A DNA stretch of 64,000 nt from positions 29,685 through 93,684 of IMG/VR virus record IMGVR_UViG_3300048672_001165. One strand, written 5' to 3'. Below are positions 30,963 to 38,916 of this stretch, one piece after another. Position 1 is the stretch's first letter. Every line of letters starts with the position of its first letter. The notes below the pieces were generated by a model that saw only the letters and a list, made by a program, of their open reading frames with translations, searched no databases and was not told the origin of the DNA. The stretch is from a virus. Position numbers and translations under genes: made by a program.

Positions 30963-31646
30963 ATGGCCAAACTAGGCAACCGAAAAGCAGCTGAAGCTAT
31001 CATCATGAAGTGGATTCCTCAGATCATCCCGAATGGGGTGAACGAGACAATCTACAAAGAAAAGCTAGCTGCTTTAACCGATGAAGAGTTTCACAACCTC
31101 ATGCTCACACTCAAAGCAGGAGGCACTCTTCCCATCTATACACCTAACTACAACGATACTCGAATCAATACCAAGCACCTGTTCAGGTTAGCCAAGACCA
31201 TGGGTGTGCAGCTCTTTCACCGCATCCAAGTGCCTGAGTCTGAAACGAATCGCCCTTACCTGACACCTCGTAAATACTTGGTGGTGAGGCTGCCTTACCG
31301 ACGAGCGGCTCAGCTGCTTGTCAAAAAGATCAGCATCCCTGCAGACAACAACTCTGTTGACTTCTATACAGGTCAAGTCACCGGCTCCAGTAAAGGCGCT
31401 TCCATTTCTCTGCCTGAGCTGCGCATGCTCTCAGCCATGAATCTGTCCCACTCTGTTGTGGAACTAGAGAAATACAGAGGCGGTGATGAGGGTGGTTTCA
31501 GAGCGATGAACTACACGCTCCACCAGCAGGGTCGAGTCTCCATGAAAGAAATCAGTCAATTTGCCTCTGGTGTGCGTTCCACCTGGACACTGAAGCAATT
31601 CCTCAACGCGGCCCACCTGAAGAACACCTTAACCGATAAAGCATGA
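30963..31646 (+). CDS. rpoB: Virion RNA polymerase beta subunit, C-terminal fragment (phiKZ gp149-like)
   Basis: LPYRRAAQLLVKKISIP...VDFYTGQVTGSSKGASISLPE and KYRGGD motifs of the split beta C-terminus. Confidence 0.85.
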   Translation: MAKLGNRKAAEAIIMKWIPQIIPNGVNETIYKEKLAALTDEEFHNLMLTLKAGGTLPIYTPNYNDTRINTKHLFRLAKTMGVQLFHRIQVPESETNRPYLTPRKYLVVRLPYRRAAQLLVKKISIPADNNSVDFYTGQVTGSSKGASISLPELRMLSAMNLSHSVVELEKYRGGDEGGFRAMNYTLHQQGRVSMKEISQFASGVRSTWTLKQFLNAAHLKNTLTDKA

Positions 31647-32374
31647 ACAACCCCTCTCAACTCTACATTGATATCCAAGCCCTACTCGATACCCGTCTGG
31701 GGTGTCTCATGGGGCTACACGAAGAGTTTGCTCTTTTCGTCACCAAACGAAAAGACTACTACACCAGAGAAATCGACTGCTTTACTCACCCTGAGATGGG
31801 CGAGCTAAGTCGAGAACTCTTTGAAGAAACTCTTTCTAAACAAGGCCCTTCTGTTCTTGACCACAGTCCTATGACCTGTATGGTCGAATGGGTGAGGAAA
31901 TGGCTAGAATACTTTGTCGTACAAGAAGTTAACTCCCCTATTAAAGGTGGGGTCAATATCACGATCAATACCTTTCCTTTTGAGCTAGACTCAGAAGAAC
32001 GAATTGAACTAATAGAAACTTTAAAAGTTTATTGGGGCCCTATTTTCCCCATGTCGGTTATTTGTGTTGACCCACAGAAAATAAGCTTGATTAATGACAG
32101 CCACAGTACCTACATCTTTTACTATGCTCTGGACTGGCTCAAAGCTAACGAACAAGTCATCAACGGCGCTAGTGCGTTTAATAAAACGGTGTATCTACCT
32201 AAGATCAACTTAGTCAGAGCACTGACTAAAGAAGAACGTACACAACTCCAACAAGAAGGTATTGATCCTTTTGATTTGATCAGTGAAGCGTTTAAGATGA
32301 AGTTGAAAGTAGAGTTCTTACCGATACAGCTCTACTGCATCGACGCTCCTGAAAACCCTTCTTGTACGAAGTGA
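31643..32374 (+). CDS. Conserved phiKZ-like hypothetical protein
   Basis: ATGA overlap with the gp149-like gene; LYIDIQALLDTRLG and INTFPFEL motifs. Confidence 0.65.
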   Translation: MNNPSQLYIDIQALLDTRLGCLMGLHEEFALFVTKRKDYYTREIDCFTHPEMGELSRELFEETLSKQGPSVLDHSPMTCMVEWVRKWLEYFVVQEVNSPIKGGVNITINTFPFELDSEERIELIETLKVYWGPIFPMSVICVDPQKISLINDSHSTYIFYYALDWLKANEQVINGASAFNKTVYLPKINLVRALTKEERTQLQQEGIDPFDLISEAFKMKLKVEFLPIQLYCIDAPENPSCTK

Positions 32375-32379
32375 AGTGA

Positions 32380-32421
32380 GCAGCATAAAAGGCAGGCCTA
32401 AGAGCCTGCCCCATATGCCGC
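32380..32421. repeat. REP-like terminator element, copy 2
   Basis: GCAGCATAAAAGGCAGGCCTAAGAGCCTGCCCCATATGCCGC. Confidence 0.8.
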
Positions 32422-32424
32422 ACT

Positions 32425-32458
32425 GCAATTTTTTCTAATCACATATCACTAAGATGAA
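32425..32458 (+). promoter_or_regulatory. Putative early promoter
   Basis: GCA-N12-CACATATCAC-TAAGA-TG, followed by a leader hairpin and TTAGGAGT RBS. Confidence 0.7.
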
Positions 32459-32494
32459 GTAGGGAATGTATCTCTACAACTTAGGAGTATTACC

Positions 32495-32764
32495 ATGTCT
32501 GTCCGTCAAACCCTGAGCGTCTCGACTTCGGTCGAGACGTTTTTGTTTAACTTCAGCTCGACTTCGGTCGAGCTGGTTCTGAACCAGCGCGTGGCTGGCC
32601 GCGTTCGCGCGGCCACAGTCCGCGCTTTGTTCGCGGCCGCAGTGGCCGCCTTCTCGGCCGGCGCTGGCGCCGCCGAGGTGGATGACTATTGCGACAACGC
32701 GGTCGTCGCCGGGCTGAACTGGCAAGCGGCGATCGATGACATATTCACTGCAGCGATGCAGTGA
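32495..32764 (+). CDS. Small early protein on a hairpin-tiled sequence (may be a structured or dual-function RNA)
   Basis: AGGAG RBS, 89 aa; consecutive stem-loops including three UUCG loops and one GCGA loop. Confidence 0.5.
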   Translation: MSVRQTLSVSTSVETFLFNFSSTSVELVLNQRVAGRVRAATVRALFAAAVAAFSAGAGAAEVDDYCDNAVVAGLNWQAAIDDIFTAAMQ

Positions 32765-32859
32765 AGTTTCCCAGTAGTGAGAAAGAGGGTCAGTAGGCTC
32801 TCTTTCTTTTGCCTGTGCTTACCAGGCTTTGTAGTAAGCAAATCAATTAGGAGTGAATT

Positions 32860-33207
32860 ATGTCTTTCTACGCTGATGTTCTTGCCGGGCGAGTTCAAAT
32901 GCCCCACCCGCAGTCATGGGACAGCGTGTTTGGGGGCTTTGACCAGATTGAGGGGGCGACTCAGGCCGCCTCGCTGGCGAAGATCCCCAGCTGCCGCTGG
33001 GGTATTCTGGCGTTCGACGACCAGAATACCAACCCGGTCGCCATCCCCATTTTCCCCCGGCTTGGGGGAAATGGCCTGGAAGAGGCGGTTCAGGCCGCCG
33101 CTGCGGTGGCCGGCATCTTGTACTCGACCACCCACGTGGTCGACGTGCGGCTGCGCGTGGCGGCTGTCCTGCCTGGCCTGCAAAGTCACGCCAGCTTCAC
33201 CTTCTGA
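32860..33207 (+). CDS. Hypothetical early protein
   Basis: TTAGGAGT RBS, 115 aa; hairpin-dense coding sequence. Confidence 0.65.
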   Translation: MSFYADVLAGRVQMPHPQSWDSVFGGFDQIEGATQAASLAKIPSCRWGILAFDDQNTNPVAIPIFPRLGGNGLEEAVQAAAAVAGILYSTTHVVDVRLRVAAVLPGLQSHASFTF

Positions 33208-33219
33208 AGGGGGGTTATC

Positions 33220-33903
33220 ATGACCCCCTTCAACGAGCCGCGCGTTTACGCGGCGGGGTTGTCTACGGACGACCCCACGCAGGCCTTCGCTTATGGCGAA
33301 GGCCTCTTCGTCCGGCAGCGCAACAAGGTGGCGTTCACTACGTCCGGCAATTTCATTGCCGAGCTGGCGCAGGGGCTCTGGTACCAGATCAATGGTACCC
33401 GGGTGAAAAAGCCCGCCACGGCGGTGATTAAGCCGGACATCGCAGTCCGGGCGTTTTCGCATGACCGCTACATGGCGGTGATGTCAGAAATCGCCACGGA
33501 CTGCGAAGCGGTCCAGGGGTTGCTGGAAGGACAGCCCCTGGTCCAGAACTTAGACCTAGTGCCGCGAATGGCACCGCATACGCCAGCTGCCCCGGGAGAA
33601 ATCCCGGAATTTAAGCTGGTGGCATCGCCGAACAGCGGCAGCTCCTTCACGTCGGATGTAAAGTTCGACGTGAAGTTTGGCAATCTGTCTTTCCGAGACG
33701 AGACGGGCAACCGCATCGTCGTGAACGACCTGCTTCCGTATGCGCAGGAGGCATTTCGATTTGACGTGACTATCATGAAGTTTCAGCAGCTGGCCGCCCT
33801 GGTGCGGCTGGCGCTGACCTTTAATGAAAGTCAGACGTCTTGGAAAATCCAATGGGTCTTCGTGCCGCAAACCGGGCTGTATTACAGCCTTGAGGCGGCA
33901 TAA
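33220..33903 (+). CDS. Hypothetical early protein
   Basis: 227 aa; RBS and start sit inside hairpin 33205-33232; hairpin-dense; ends in GCGGCATAA. Confidence 0.7.
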   Translation: MTPFNEPRVYAAGLSTDDPTQAFAYGEGLFVRQRNKVAFTTSGNFIAELAQGLWYQINGTRVKKPATAVIKPDIAVRAFSHDRYMAVMSEIATDCEAVQGLLEGQPLVQNLDLVPRMAPHTPAAPGEIPEFKLVASPNSGSSFTSDVKFDVKFGNLSFRDETGNRIVVNDLLPYAQEAFRFDVTIMKFQQLAALVRLALTFNESQTSWKIQWVFVPQTGLYYSLEAA

Positions 33904-33957
33904 AGCCCAGAGGCGTACAAAGGATTAAACCCCCTTTGTACGCCTCTTTATTTTTTC
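33895..33957. terminator. Bidirectional terminator
   Basis: GCGGCATAAA plus AGAGGCGTACAAAGG/CCTTTGTACGCCTCT stem between convergent genes. Confidence 0.75.
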
Positions 33958-34383
33958 TCACTTTTTCTTCTGAGAGGCCATGAATGAATCATAGTTCATG
34001 GCAGGCACACCAATGGTCATTTCATCAGGTGCCATAGAGACTTCTACAGTACTCTCATCGAGTTGAGGGGCGCTGCGGGCTGCTCCGTTTTCTACGCGGC
34101 CAATCGCTTTCAAACCACCTTGATCTAGCAAAGCAGCAATCAAACCAGCAGCTTGTGCATTGGCGTTAGCTGCTGTATCATCCACCTTCAGCTTAGCCAG
34201 TTGAATAGCAGCATGGTCCATATCGCGCAGCAAACTACCCAGCGCTCCTATTTTCTCACTGTGCATCTTGCCCAGGTCTTCACCTGCAGCAGCCACAATA
34301 GAGTTTACCAGCGCTTTTCTTGTTTGACGAGCAAAGCGCAAATCCACATCCGCATCAGCCAGATGACTCTTCAGATCCAACAT
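33958..34383 (-). CDS. Hypothetical protein
   Basis: ATG at 34383 has GGAGG 8 nt upstream; helical protein. Confidence 0.6.
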   Translation of the reverse strand: MLDLKSHLADADVDLRFARQTRKALVNSIVAAAGEDLGKMHSEKIGALGSLLRDMDHAAIQLAKLKVDDTAANANAQAAGLIAALLDQGGLKAIGRVENGAARSAPQLDESTVEVSMAPDEMTIGVPAMNYDSFMASQKKK

Positions 34384-34482
34384 GATAGACACCTCCTAAC
34401 AAGGGGATAAGCCTTATTACAAAATACATTAATCACAAATTACTTACTAGAACTTATTCAAATATTTATTCAAGAAAGCTTC

Positions 34483-34650
34483 ATGATGAACAAGTCCAAG
34501 ACTCTGGAACAAGCACATCTAGCTGCTCAAAAGTTTCTTAAGCAAGGCTACTTGCTAATGACTGATCAGTCACTTCAAGCTCGCTTACAAGAAAAGAAAC
34601 CTTTTATAGACATTAAAGAATGTCCACGTCAAAGATCAACTCATGGTTGA
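34483..34650 (+). CDS. Possible small protein (55 aa)
   Basis: MMNKSKTLEQAHLAAQKFLKQGYLLMTDQ...; below the ORF-track size cutoff; weak RBS. Confidence 0.3.
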   Translation: MMNKSKTLEQAHLAAQKFLKQGYLLMTDQSLQARLQEKKPFIDIKECPRQRSTHG

Positions 34651-34735
34651 TTAAACGTTACGGACTTTCGTCTGCTTGACTTACCTCACACTGCCTATCC
34701 CCCAACACTTTAGGCAATCAGGAGAAACTCTGACC

Positions 34736-35170
34736 ATGGAACAAAATTCCAATCCTCAACGTGAGCAGCGCACATTGGCTCGGTTCTTGGCAGGCCATAC
34801 AGGCCCGCGTTCACGCCGTCCAAATGCGGCAGGGCGTGTGCTGTGGGACTTGTGGGCCCAAACCATGCGCTCGCTCAACATCTCGTCTGACCGACTCAGT
34901 AGTGCTATTGATACTTACATCAAAGCCATAGAAGCTAAAAACAAACATCTACCTGAGTCAGCTCGTATCAAGCCGTTCTTCAAAGGCAACATCCTACCTG
35001 AACTCTTAGGTTCAAGTGCACTTACTCTTAAGTCCGTCCTACGCGCCTGGCACATCGTCGGCATTGTGCGTGTAGAATTCAATGTCAAGTTGATCACGTT
35101 CAATCGTCAGGAAATCAATGTCTCGACTTCTCTCGATCTTCAAAACATCAAAGCCACCGACGACGAGTAG
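34736..35170 (+). CDS. Conserved phiKZ-like hypothetical protein
   Basis: AGGAG RBS before ATG 34736; GNI..EL....LT.K.V pattern recalled from a jumbo-phage family. Confidence 0.6.
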   Translation: MEQNSNPQREQRTLARFLAGHTGPRSRRPNAAGRVLWDLWAQTMRSLNISSDRLSSAIDTYIKAIEAKNKHLPESARIKPFFKGNILPELLGSSALTLKSVLRAWHIVGIVRVEFNVKLITFNRQEINVSTSLDLQNIKATDDE

Positions 35171-35192
35171 TCTTAAATTGACCCAAGCCGAA

Positions 35193-35705
35193 ATGAGTGA
35201 AGCCATCACTCATTTTGCTACCATCTTGAGTGCTCGCAGCACCCAAGTCACTGAAGAAGAGAAAGGGGTCGTCTCTTCTTTTTTGAAAGATTGTCATATC
35301 CGTCCAGGGACTTTCTTTCGAGGACAAGTCGTACAGGCTATTAACTTGCAGATGACGGCACACAGCTTCATCTACGAGCTGGTAGAAGATACCATGTTTG
35401 CATTTGCTACCAGCTTTGGTGGGCAAGATGATGCGTATACGCGTCTATGCAACAACCTTGCTTTTGGCTACGACGTCACAGGTCCTGACCCTCGACTCTG
35501 TAGTCTACCAGTCCAAGAAAAACTCTGGTCTGCAGCCAACGCCTTAGCAGATGTCAACGACATCGAACAGCAAGGTACGTGGCTACAACAAAGCCGACTT
35601 GACCCCCCTACGCCAGAAGTACTGGCCAGTCTTTTGCTCAACAACAGACACCTAGTCTTTGTAGCAATGTGTACGTATATGAGTATCCTCACCCCAAAGG
35701 CCTAA
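35193..35705 (+). CDS. Hypothetical protein
   Basis: Non-overlapping start at 35193 (MSEAITHF). Confidence 0.6.
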   Translation: MSEAITHFATILSARSTQVTEEEKGVVSSFLKDCHIRPGTFFRGQVVQAINLQMTAHSFIYELVEDTMFAFATSFGGQDDAYTRLCNNLAFGYDVTGPDPRLCSLPVQEKLWSAANALADVNDIEQQGTWLQQSRLDPPTPEVLASLLLNNRHLVFVAMCTYMSILTPKA

Positions 35706-35719
35706 AAAGGAGATACTAA

Positions 35720-35764
35720 AAAACAAGATTCCAACTTTTTATGGAACCATATCACCACCTTGAA
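35720..35764 (+). promoter_or_regulatory. Putative early promoter with upstream AAAACAAGATT box
   Basis: AAAACAAGATTCCA-N12-ACCATATCAC-CACCT-TG, followed by a leader hairpin. Confidence 0.7.
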
Positions 35765-35960
35765 GTAGGCTGCTTAACTTTCCAAAGTAAGTGACTTCAA
35801 CTTGTGAAAGAAAGGGAATAAGTCAATGGTTCTGACTGAAACCCACCTGTCGCCAGAGATGTTTGTGTTCGAGGAAATCCCTCCTGAGCACATTCCACAT
35901 TACCTGGCTCTGTTGTCTGAAGGCCAAATACCCACGGCCGAATTGATCAAGGAACGCATC

Positions 35961-37556
35961 ATGACCACCAACTGCATCGACACCACCACCATCGTCACCG
36001 ACGTCGCCTACGGTGGCGACCAGACCGGCATCAGTGCCGCCCCGGCGCTGACCCTGATCAGCAATCCGCTGGCCGGCGATGATGCCGGCGCTTCCTCGTA
36101 CGAAGCTCCGACTCCGACCACCGCTGCCCCGGTCGTCATCGCCAACGCCGCCTGGGCGCCGGTGGCACGGCCGTCCTACGCCGAGCCGATCCCCTACAAG
36201 GCCGGCCTGAGCACGGACGTGCAAACGCAAGCGTACGTCTACGAAGGCGAGCGGTATATCCGTCACAAGACGGTTGAGCCGTTTGTCACGTCCGGCAACT
36301 TCGGCAAGGAACGCAACGAGGGTAAGTGGTACAAGATCGGCGCAGCGGGCGCCAAGGTCGCTGGCGCCAACGGTACCGTCCTGGCCCCGGCCAAGCCCGC
36401 CGCTTTCAACGAGCCGGTGCAGTACGTTGTCGGCCTCGACACGGCCGACCACACCCAGCCGGTCGACGCGCCGGACGGCAACCGCTACGTGCGGGAACGA
36501 AAGGTGCCGGCGTTCATCGCCAGCGGCGACTTCGAAGCCGAACTGGCCGCCGGCAAGTGGTTCAAGATCCGCGGCCCCAAGCCGGTCAAGGCCGAAGTGA
36601 TCATGGCCCCCAAGGCCAAGACCCTCACCGGCGCTCCGGCTTCGTCGGAAGCCCTGCAGAAGCTGGCCGAGCGCGCCAACAACACCAACCTGGCCAAGCT
36701 GGTGTCCCCGGTGAAGACCGCGTCGCTGCTGCAAGCTGCAGCGGCCGGCTCCGGCCACAAGGCCAAGCTGGCTGGCCTGGTCGCCGCCTCGACCGGCAAC
36801 GATGAGTGGCGTGAGGACACCCTGAACATCTGGACCCGCTCGGCGCAGCCGGTCGGCCAGCTGCTGGACGTCTCCGCTGACAACAACGTCGGCCTCGACC
36901 TCGGCCTGGACAAGGACGGCAACCCGATCTCGGGCGGCACGTTCCGTACCGTCAAGGGTCTGGAACTCTGGCTGCGCCTGAAGGACCAGTCCTTCGAGGC
37001 GATGGTCCAGACGCTGCGCACGGCCAGCAGCGGCAAGCTGCACCATGTGGTCAAGGACCACCCGGAGCATTTCAGCGACCTGAGCCCGGAAATCATCGCG
37101 CTCATCGGCGCGGTGCTCTGGGACCACCTGCTCAAGGCCGAGCACGTCGCTCACCGTGCTGAACTGGCCCGCGCCGGCCAGATCGTGTCGAAGTACATGC
37201 ATGGTGAAGAGATCGACGAAGCCACCGGCGCCGTCCTGACGCCGGGCAGCTGGCGCCACACCACCGAGGCCTGGTGGATCGTCCCGCTGGCGCAAGCCAT
37301 GCAGGATGCGCTGCTGACCGCGGACGCCGAAGGTCGTGATGCGGCTGAAGTCGCCGTCGATTGGGACGGAACGGCCAAGCAGGCCTTCGAAGACAACAAG
37401 AAGCGCATCGAGCGCCGGCAGGCGCAACGTGTCGACTTCAATGCGCCTGCCCGGCGCAGCTCGTTCATCACGGACTACCGTGATCCGCCCAAGCCCAAGC
37501 ACGGCAAGAAGGTCAAGGTCGAGACGGCCGCGCCTGCCAAGAAGGGCAAGAAGTAA
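35961..37556 (+). CDS. Early protein with two tail-spike-N-like repeats, a NADAR-like domain and a basic tail
   Basis: Codon usage switches to C/G-ending at ATG 35961 (AAGGA RBS; ORF is open from 35826). Repeats EPIPYKAGL...GKWYKI and EPVQYVVGL...GKWFKI; DTLNIWTRS..PVGQLL...GTFRTVKGL.LWL resembles phage NADAR proteins. Confidence 0.65.
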   Translation: MTTNCIDTTTIVTDVAYGGDQTGISAAPALTLISNPLAGDDAGASSYEAPTPTTAAPVVIANAAWAPVARPSYAEPIPYKAGLSTDVQTQAYVYEGERYIRHKTVEPFVTSGNFGKERNEGKWYKIGAAGAKVAGANGTVLAPAKPAAFNEPVQYVVGLDTADHTQPVDAPDGNRYVRERKVPAFIASGDFEAELAAGKWFKIRGPKPVKAEVIMAPKAKTLTGAPASSEALQKLAERANNTNLAKLVSPVKTASLLQAAAAGSGHKAKLAGLVAASTGNDEWREDTLNIWTRSAQPVGQLLDVSADNNVGLDLGLDKDGNPISGGTFRTVKGLELWLRLKDQSFEAMVQTLRTASSGKLHHVVKDHPEHFSDLSPEIIALIGAVLWDHLLKAEHVAHRAELARAGQIVSKYMHGEEIDEATGAVLTPGSWRHTTEAWWIVPLAQAMQDALLTADAEGRDAAEVAVDWDGTAKQAFEDNKKRIERRQAQRVDFNAPARRSSFITDYRDPPKPKHGKKVKVETAAPAKKGKK

Positions 37557-37769
37557 GTAAGTTTTCCTGTGGTGGGGTGGTAAGGGGGAGTCTTGTTAAA
37601 CACAAGCTCCCCCTTTCCTTGTACCTGCTATGAGAAACTGATCCAACGTGAAGAACACTTGAAAGGCTAATCCCCTTTTGAGTGTTCTTTTCTTTTTTCT
37701 TTTATGCCGCTCTTTTTATTTTTGATAAGTATGAAATGATAAGGTCTTGAATTAAAGGAAACACTGAAT

Positions 37770-38903
37770 ATGTCCAGTCCACAACTTGCTTCTACTATCT
37801 TTATCGGCGGAGCTGATGAGAGCTTAGCTGTTAAAGATGTTTACAAAGCCAGCTCAGGTGTCGTCATTAATGACTATACGTCTGGAGCAGCTACAGCTCA
37901 GCTGATTGACTCAGCTCAAGCTGCACAAACCACCGAGATCAACGTAGGCGATGTTGCTTATAAAGGTGACAAGTTTGCAGAAACACCTGCTGCACAAAAG
38001 AAGATTGATAAAGAATCTTTCATGAAGAATTTGGCTGCCTTGAATATGAAGGTGGTCAACGGCATGAAGTCGTTATCCAGCACGATTCAAAGTAATCTGG
38101 CTAAAGCAAATGACTTAAGAAACAAAATTGACGTCACCATTGCAGGTGTGACAACAACCGTCACTGCAGCGGACTTGACCACGGTCTCAGGTCTGACAGG
38201 TATACTGATCAATACGGTTAATGGTAGTGATCTACCCATTAACTTTAAAGACGTTGCCACCGTAGTGCAGATGAGTAAGAACTTGATTGGGGAGGCGTCT
38301 AAGTGCGGCCTCACAGGGTTCTTGACTGCGTTTTCTGGTAATAGTGAATACAGGAAATACGCTCTGACCTCACTGACGCTTAGTGCTGCGCGCAGCGCTT
38401 TAGCCAATAGTGATCACTTCCTACTGAGTGAGATTGTTCATATTGGGGGTGCAAAGCATCTCAAAGCCGCCTACCCTGGCTTTGTGGCGAAGTACAGCAG
38501 AGGTTACCGCATTGCCCCTCGACGTAATGACCGCGGTGTCAAACTAGCGCATAACCCTGCAGAAGAGTTTCGCAATACGATCACCAACTACCTTGGTCTA
38601 GACAGTGGATTTGGAGTAGGTCACCGCAACCAACGCATCGTCATGCGTCCCCAAGCGGGCCCTGACGTCAGCCCTGATCTACAGCGGGGTATGCGTTGTT
38701 ATGTGAGTGCCAATGCGCCTAGTGTTCGAGGCCAGATTGCAGCAGCTAAGCTGAACGGCGCTCTAGGCAGTTTGAATACAGCTGCTCAAACTCCTGACTA
38801 TGCATTTCATCTACTGACCCACAGAGTCAAAACGCTCAGCTGTAAGCAGCAAATCCAAGCAAATCATCCCAAGCTCATACTGCCTGGCCAACTCAAACTT
38901 TAA
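37770..38903 (+). CDS. Probable virion (tail) protein
   Basis: 377 aa with AAGGA RBS, upstream of the gp182-like gene. Confidence 0.55.
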   Translation: MSSPQLASTIFIGGADESLAVKDVYKASSGVVINDYTSGAATAQLIDSAQAAQTTEINVGDVAYKGDKFAETPAAQKKIDKESFMKNLAALNMKVVNGMKSLSSTIQSNLAKANDLRNKIDVTIAGVTTTVTAADLTTVSGLTGILINTVNGSDLPINFKDVATVVQMSKNLIGEASKCGLTGFLTAFSGNSEYRKYALTSLTLSAARSALANSDHFLLSEIVHIGGAKHLKAAYPGFVAKYSRGYRIAPRRNDRGVKLAHNPAEEFRNTITNYLGLDSGFGVGHRNQRIVMRPQAGPDVSPDLQRGMRCYVSANAPSVRGQIAAAKLNGALGSLNTAAQTPDYAFHLLTHRVKTLSCKQQIQANHPKLILPGQLKL

Positions 38904-38916
38904 ACGATAACACGAC

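Noticed and set aside
32515-32580. CRISPR mini-array from the duplicated CTCGACTTCGGTCGAG
   Set aside because: Only two 16-nt copies 20 nt apart; too short, and no cas context.
35823-37502. 559-aa antisense ORF, and similar ones at 29671, 32914, 58172, 63522 and 63601
   Set aside because: These are shadow ORFs caused by strong GC codon bias on the + strand; the promoters and RBSs support the + genes.
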